Shown here in pieces: positions 30,390 through 35,410 of a stretch of 35,410 nt of DNA (the first letter of the stretch is position 1; every line of letters starts with the position of its first letter). Position numbers and translations under genes: made by a program. This DNA is from Fidelibacterota bacterium (lineage in GTDB: Bacteria; Fidelibacterota; Fidelibacteria; Fidelibacterales; Fidelibacteraceae). The notes under the pieces are model-generated. The model ran no database searches, was not told the origin of the DNA, and saw only the letters and a list, made by a program, of their open reading frames with translations. The stretch covers positions 1-35,410 of the forward strand of contig JAYEOX010000135.1 of the NCBI GenBank assembly GCA_034723415.1, read 5' to 3'.

Positions 30390-30395
30390 TTAGGT
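30302..30395 (+). other. attC-like site
   Basis: R'' GCCTAAC (30302), inner arm CGGATATGAA pairing with TTCATATCCG, and R' GTTAGGT (30389). 94 bp long, 15 bp after the stop codon. Confidence 0.85.
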
Positions 30396-30477
30396 GAAAT
30401 CGTGAACTATAGGAGTATTAGAAAAATCTATAAAGGCTGGCATAATAAAATAACAATAAGTTAAATGAGGTTATAAA

Positions 30478-31569
30478 ATGAAAAAAATTGGTTTAATAGT
30501 AAATCCTATAGCAGGAATGGGTGGTAGTGTCGGATTAAAAGGGACTGATGGAGAGGCTTACAAAAAGGCATTGGAATTAGGGGCGAAACCAACCACTCCG
30601 CAAAGAATTGAAGAAACACTTTCTTTGGTTAACAGGAAAGATCTTTATTTTATAGTTGCACCCGGTAAAATGGGTGAAAATTTTATTAAAAAATTCGATT
30701 TTAAGTATGAAATAGTATCTAAAATAGGTAAGGAAACAAATGCGGATGATACTAAAAAAATTATTCGTGAGATGGTTGAAAAAGCTATTGATCTTCTGAT
30801 TTTTGTTGGCGGTGATGGCACCGCAAGAGATGTGTACGATATTCTGGGATTAAAAATTCCGGTCGTGGGAATTCCTTCGGGAGTTAAAATGTTCAGTCCT
30901 ATTTTTGCTCTTTCAACTTTTGCTGCTGCAGAAATTATCAATAATGAATCTAAACAACTTATTGAAAAAGAAGTTCTTGATATTGACGAAGAAGCTTTCA
31001 GAGAAGGAAAATTGGGAGCTAAATTATACGGATATTTAAAAGTTCCCAAAAATCCAAACCTATTGCAAGGCAAAAAAGAATCTTCTAATGTTAGTAAACC
31101 GGAAAAAATCAGTAAAGAAGAAATTGCACAATATATTTTTGAAAAAATTGAAAACGATGTGCTTTACATTTTAGGACCCGGAACTACTTTGGAAACTATT
31201 GCCAATAAAATTGGTGTAGAGAAAAGTTTATTAGGCATAGATGCTGTTTGTAACGGAAAATTAGTAGGAAGAGATCTTAACGAAAAAAATTTGATGGATT
31301 TAATTGAAAAATATGATAAAATAAAAATCATTGTTACACCCATTGGTGGGAATGGTTTTATTTTTGGAAGAGCAAGTAAACAATTCACACCGAAAGTCTT
31401 AAAATTAATTGGGAAAGAAAATGTAATTGTTGTTGCAACTGAAGATAAAATCAGTAGATTGGAATGTCTTAGAGTTGATACTGGAGATACTGAAACAGAT
31501 AACAATTTAAAAGGACATTTTAAAGTAATTACCGGATATAAAACAGAAACAATTATTGAAGTAAAATGA
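30478..31569 (+). CDS. ATP-NAD kinase family protein (COG3199-like)
   Basis: NPIAGMGG..GLKGTDG, GGDGTARD, GIPSGVKMFS, GPGTT, GFIFGR and LRVDTGD motifs. Confidence 0.85.
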   Translation: MKKIGLIVNPIAGMGGSVGLKGTDGEAYKKALELGAKPTTPQRIEETLSLVNRKDLYFIVAPGKMGENFIKKFDFKYEIVSKIGKETNADDTKKIIREMVEKAIDLLIFVGGDGTARDVYDILGLKIPVVGIPSGVKMFSPIFALSTFAAAEIINNESKQLIEKEVLDIDEEAFREGKLGAKLYGYLKVPKNPNLLQGKKESSNVSKPEKISKEEIAQYIFEKIENDVLYILGPGTTLETIANKIGVEKSLLGIDAVCNGKLVGRDLNEKNLMDLIEKYDKIKIIVTPIGGNGFIFGRASKQFTPKVLKLIGKENVIVVATEDKISRLECLRVDTGDTETDNNLKGHFKVITGYKTETIIEVK

Positions 31570-32543
31570 TGTTAAAATTTCACATGAATGAAAATCCTTA
31601 TTCACCGGCCAAAAGCATTCAAAAAGCAGCAATAAAAGGATTGGAAAAAATAAACAGATATTCTGAGACAAAATATCTAAATGAATTAAAAAAACTTTTG
31701 GGAACTTATAATAATTTATCTTCCGATCGAGTTGTTTTAAGTCATGGTTCGGATTTGTTATTAAGGGAAATAATCAATATTTTCTCAAAAGATAGGAAAA
31801 TAATTATGGTGAACCCGTCATTTTTCCCCATTGCACAATATGCTTTAAAGCAAGCCAGTAGATTAACAAGAATTCAGATTTCACCTCCTGATTTTAAATT
31901 AGATACTAATCTTTTATTAAACGAGTTGAATGAACCAACACTGTTTATTATTGATAATCCTAATAATCCTACAGGTAAAACTTTGATTGATAATAGCTTC
32001 GCCGAAAAAATCCTTCAAAATAAAAATGCATTACTATTGGTAGATGAGGCATATTATGAATTTTCAGGACAAACTTTTGCAGGACTGATTAAAAAATATC
32101 CCAATCTTGCAATAACAAGAACCATGGATAAGGCTTTTTCATTGGCAGGACTTCGATTGGGTTACCTGTTAATGGGGGATTATTTTAAAAATCATTTTTC
32201 GAACTTCCCGGCTTATCTTTCTATTCCCACTCTCTTTGCTGCGATTGAAGCATTAAAAAGGCCTGAATATATGACAGCAAATGTGAATAAAATCTTGAAT
32301 GAAAAAATAAAAGTAGAAAAAGAACTATTAAAAACAGGAATTAAGGTTTTCTCCGGAAAGACGAATTTCATTTTAATAAAGTCAAAAATTTCTGATTTTG
32401 GTAAAAAACTTATTGATAAAGAAGTTATTATTCGAAATTTGTCTGATGAATGGATATATGGTTATTATCGAATTACTATTGGACTACCCGAAGAAAATAA
32501 TATATTATTATCAGCAATTAAAAAAATATATGACGATGCCTAA
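31566..32543 (+). CDS. PLP-dependent class I/II aminotransferase (HisC/CobD-like)
   Basis: NENPY, NPNNPTG, VDEAYYEF, RTMDKAFSLAGLRLGY and RITIG motifs. ATGA overlap with the upstream gene. Confidence 0.88.
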   Translation: MMLKFHMNENPYSPAKSIQKAAIKGLEKINRYSETKYLNELKKLLGTYNNLSSDRVVLSHGSDLLLREIINIFSKDRKIIMVNPSFFPIAQYALKQASRLTRIQISPPDFKLDTNLLLNELNEPTLFIIDNPNNPTGKTLIDNSFAEKILQNKNALLLVDEAYYEFSGQTFAGLIKKYPNLAITRTMDKAFSLAGLRLGYLLMGDYFKNHFSNFPAYLSIPTLFAAIEALKRPEYMTANVNKILNEKIKVEKELLKTGIKVFSGKTNFILIKSKISDFGKKLIDKEVIIRNLSDEWIYGYYRITIGLPEENNILLSAIKKIYDDA

Positions 32544-32622
32544 AACAGGTAATTTTAACCAACATGCCTATAAATACGATAATTGGTTTGATGGTATTGG
32601 TGGTTATTTAACTGGATTTTAA
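32536..32622 (+). pseudogene. 5' stub of a probable SAM-dependent methyltransferase
   Basis: MPKTGNFNQHAYKYDNWFD resembles the F...A..YD.WF N-terminus of class I methyltransferases. It overlaps the aminotransferase stop and then degenerates. Confidence 0.5.
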
Positions 32623-32698
32623 CATCAAATAAACATCGTAGTAAATTGAAAATTAATCGTTTCAAAATCCCAAACTACGCATAGCCCAACCGTTAATT
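32599..32698 (+). other. 3' half of a degenerate attC-like site
   Basis: Ends ...ACTACGCATAGCCCAACC-GTTAATT, parallel to ...TTCATATCCGCAAACC-GTTAGGT in the intact site. No matching 5' arm is present. Confidence 0.55.
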
Positions 32699-32769
32699 AA
32701 GAAATTATTTATGACTCTAAATCCAATAATTCTTTACTCTATTGGATATTTACAAATTGGTAATAAAAA

Positions 32770-34893
32770 TTACTTTTTCAATCCTAAAATTTTCAACATA
32801 AAAGCATATTCAAGAGCATACTCTTTATAAACTTCAAATCTACCTGATGCTCCACCGTGACCATAATCCATATTTGTTTTTATCAGCAACAGATTATCGT
32901 CGGTTTTTAAATCTCGCAATTTTGCTACCCATTTTGCCGGTTCCCAATATTGAACTTGTGAATCGTGTAATCCGGTTGTAACTAACATATTGGGATATTC
33001 TTTCGCTTCAACATTATCATAAGGTGAATATGACAACATGTAATCGTAATATTTTTTAACATTTGGATTTCCCCATTCATCATATTCTCCTGTTGTTAGT
33101 GGAATACTTTCATCCAACATTGTTGTAACAACATCGACAAATGGAACTTGAGCAATAATTCCCGTATATAAATCAGGTGCCATATTTGAAATAGCTCCAA
33201 CTAATAAGCCACCGGCACTTCCACCCATTGCGAATACTTTTTCAGGTGAAGCATATTTTTCATTTAATAAATATTTTGTGCAATCAATAAAATCATAAAA
33301 AGTATTTTTCTTTTTCAACAATTTCCCATCTTCATACCATTTTCTTCCCATCTCCTGACCGCCACGAATATGAGCAATTGCATAGACAAATCCTCTATCT
33401 AATAAACTTAACCGAACAGTACTAAAATATGCCGGCATACTATTTCCATAAGAACCATAGCCATAAATCAAAAGTGGTGATTTCCCATTTTTCTTGAATC
33501 CTTTTTTATAAACTATAGAAATTGGAACTTTTGTACAATCACGAACGGTAGCAAATATTCGCTCAGTTTGGTAATCATTTTTATCAAAATCTCCAAGAAC
33601 TTCTTCCTCTTTCATTAATTTTTTCTCTTTTGTTATCATATTATAATCATAAATTGAACTTGGAGTAGTCATAGATTCGTATCCATATCGCAAAATATCT
33701 GTATCGCCTTCAGGATTAGTTGAAATCCATAAAGTATAAGGTGATTCTTTAATATCCATTGTGTATTTTTCATCATTTTTGAAATCTATAATTTTTAAAT
33801 ATGGCAAAGCATTTTTAAATTCTTTTACAACTAAATAATTGTTAAATAATTCAAAATCACTTATTAACACATTTTCCCTCGCTGGAATTATATCTTTCCA
33901 ATATTTTTGAGATAAATGATCAATATCTGTTCTGACAATTTTAAAATTCTTTGCATTTTTATTTGTTCTGATATAAAAATATTTGCCAATATGATCAATG
34001 CTATATTCAAGATCTTTTTGTCTCGATTGAAACATTTTTAATTTTCCATCAGGAGTATTTGCATCTAAAATATGATATTCAGCAGATAAAGTTGATTCAG
34101 AACAAAATAGAATATATTTTTGTGATTTGCTCTTAGAAACCGTATGATAAAATGTATTTTCTTTTTCTTCATAAACGATTTTATCGTCTTTTACATTATT
34201 TCCTAAAATATGTTTAACCGTTTTATAAGGACGCAGTGTTTCATCTTTTACATTATAAAAAATTGTTTTGTTGTCATTCGCCCAAACAATATTTCCTGAA
34301 GTATTTGGAATATTATCTCTTAACAATTCACCTGTTCCTAAATCTTTAAATTTTATTGTATATTTTCTTCTACTTAATGTGTCAACCGAATATGCAATAA
34401 TTTTATTGTCCGGACTTACACTAAAATCTGCAATATGAAAATAAGAAAATCCTTTTGCCATTTCATTTTCATTCAATAAAACTTCTTCTTTACTGTCTAA
34501 GTTTTCTTTTTTTCGACAATAAATTGGATGTTCATTCCCTTTTTCATATCTGGAATAATAAAAATATCCATTAAATTTATACGGCACAGATTCATCTTCT
34601 TGTTTGATCCTATTTACCATTTCATTATAAAGTTTTTTCTGCAATTTTTTAGTATCTTTCATCATTGCATCAGTATATTTATTTTCATTTTCCAAATATT
34701 TAATTACCTTTGGATTTTCTCTATCATTTAGCCAATAATAATTATCAATTCTCGTATCATTATGAATTGTGAATTCTTTTTTAATTTTTTCTGCTTTTGG
34801 TGGTGTCATTTTTGATTCCTCTGATTTTTCGCAACTTGCAATAACAAATAGTAAAGTTATTAATCCAATTATTATTTTCGTTACTTGTTTCAT
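32770..34893 (-). CDS. ptrB: Oligopeptidase B (S9A), probable lipoprotein
   Basis: DNYYWL, HIRGGQEMG, catalytic GGSAGG, HDSQV and GHGGASGR. Start at 34893 with an IAS-C lipobox. Confidence 0.95.
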   Translation of the reverse strand: MKQVTKIIIGLITLLFVIASCEKSEESKMTPPKAEKIKKEFTIHNDTRIDNYYWLNDRENPKVIKYLENENKYTDAMMKDTKKLQKKLYNEMVNRIKQEDESVPYKFNGYFYYSRYEKGNEHPIYCRKKENLDSKEEVLLNENEMAKGFSYFHIADFSVSPDNKIIAYSVDTLSRRKYTIKFKDLGTGELLRDNIPNTSGNIVWANDNKTIFYNVKDETLRPYKTVKHILGNNVKDDKIVYEEKENTFYHTVSKSKSQKYILFCSESTLSAEYHILDANTPDGKLKMFQSRQKDLEYSIDHIGKYFYIRTNKNAKNFKIVRTDIDHLSQKYWKDIIPARENVLISDFELFNNYLVVKEFKNALPYLKIIDFKNDEKYTMDIKESPYTLWISTNPEGDTDILRYGYESMTTPSSIYDYNMITKEKKLMKEEEVLGDFDKNDYQTERIFATVRDCTKVPISIVYKKGFKKNGKSPLLIYGYGSYGNSMPAYFSTVRLSLLDRGFVYAIAHIRGGQEMGRKWYEDGKLLKKKNTFYDFIDCTKYLLNEKYASPEKVFAMGGSAGGLLVGAISNMAPDLYTGIIAQVPFVDVVTTMLDESIPLTTGEYDEWGNPNVKKYYDYMLSYSPYDNVEAKEYPNMLVTTGLHDSQVQYWEPAKWVAKLRDLKTDDNLLLIKTNMDYGHGGASGRFEVYKEYALEYAFMLKILGLKK

Positions 34894-35284
34894 TTTAATT
34901 CTCCCATTGAATTGTTTGTAATTAACTATATTAATAATATAGAGCAAAATATTTACTTATACAAATAGAGAATTATTATTATTTTTAATGATTTTTTAAC
35001 TATTTAATAAGGAATAACTATACTATTTAATAAATTTAAAACTTCACAGTAGTTATAATTTTAAAGAAAAAATACTATGGTGGTCTAATGATTGAAATTG
35101 GAATTAAATATTATTATTGATGGCTTTTTTATTGTTTAAAATTTATTACTCTGAACTTCACAAATAGTCATTTGTTATTCGTGGAAATTATTCTCTAATT
35201 TTTAAACCGTTAAAACGGTTATTAAATTCCCTCACCGGGTTCACTTTTCACTGAATCCTATATTTTTATTATTTAGTTTTAAAT

Positions 35285-35410
35285 TTATTTATAAATAGAT
35301 AAAATCGAAGTTGGTGAATGTGTTTGAACATCAGGAGTTTGTTCACGATCCAACATTCCAGCAGTTTCTGACACATTAGATTTGATATAACTTTCTAATT
35401 CCTGTATTGT
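35285..35410 (-). CDS. 3' end of a probable caspase-like (peptidase C14) protein, partial
   Basis: Open frame TIQELESYIKSNVSETAGMLDREQTPDVQTHSPTSILSIYK*. EL..YI...V and QTP match the end of caspase-family domains. Confidence 0.55.
   Translation of the reverse strand, partial: TIQELESYIKSNVSETAGMLDREQTPDVQTHSPTSILSIYK

Noticed and set aside
30406..30453. Short frame TIGVLEKSIKAGIIK* reminiscent of a DUF3368-type segment
   Set aside because: Only 15 codons, too short to support homology by eye.
30258..30464. 68-aa ORF spanning the attC-like site
   Set aside because: It runs through the recombination hairpin with a TTG start and no protein features.
1120..34731. Numerous short antisense or overlapping ORFs in the track (e.g. 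1305..1577, 12257..12748, 13409..13783, 30645..31073)
   Set aside because: They are shadows of well-supported genes on the opposite strand or frame, with no recognisable motifs.

Overview
AT-rich bacterial genomic window in the standard code. It is probably from an FCB-superphylum diderm such as a Marinimicrobia/Cloacimonadota/Calditrichaeota-like organism; this is inferred from the gene families and a T9SS-type C-terminal domain remnant. Bases 1-18.7 kb are a minus-strand housekeeping block: feoA-feoB, tRNA-Arg(CCT), a TPR protein, rimP-nusA-infB-rbfA-truB-ribF-rpsO-pnp, rluD, xerC, hpf, hprK, a nucleotidyltransferase, metK and two lipoproteins. Bases 19.5-27.8 kb carry plus-strand redox, transport and envelope genes. 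The most unusual part (27.9-32.7 kb) is a decaying, non-canonical integron-like locus. It has a tyrosine recombinase that lacks the IntI-specific insertion and is oriented towards its array. A tandem attI-like site follows the recombinase stop codon, then a complete methyltransferase gene cassette (GTTAGGC...GCCTAAC) with a 94-bp attC-like site, then a second multigene segment ending in a half attC-like site. The recombinase is inactivated twice: by a nonsense codon, and by replacement of only its catalytic His/Tyr segment with about 555 bp of foreign DNA (a transketolase 3' end plus a small Cys-motif ORF), while its C-terminal tail survives downstream. Intergenic regions hold several hairpin repeat families, including an inverted pair of three-hairpin elements whose stems covary. 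The window ends with oligopeptidase B and the 3' end of a probable caspase-family gene.
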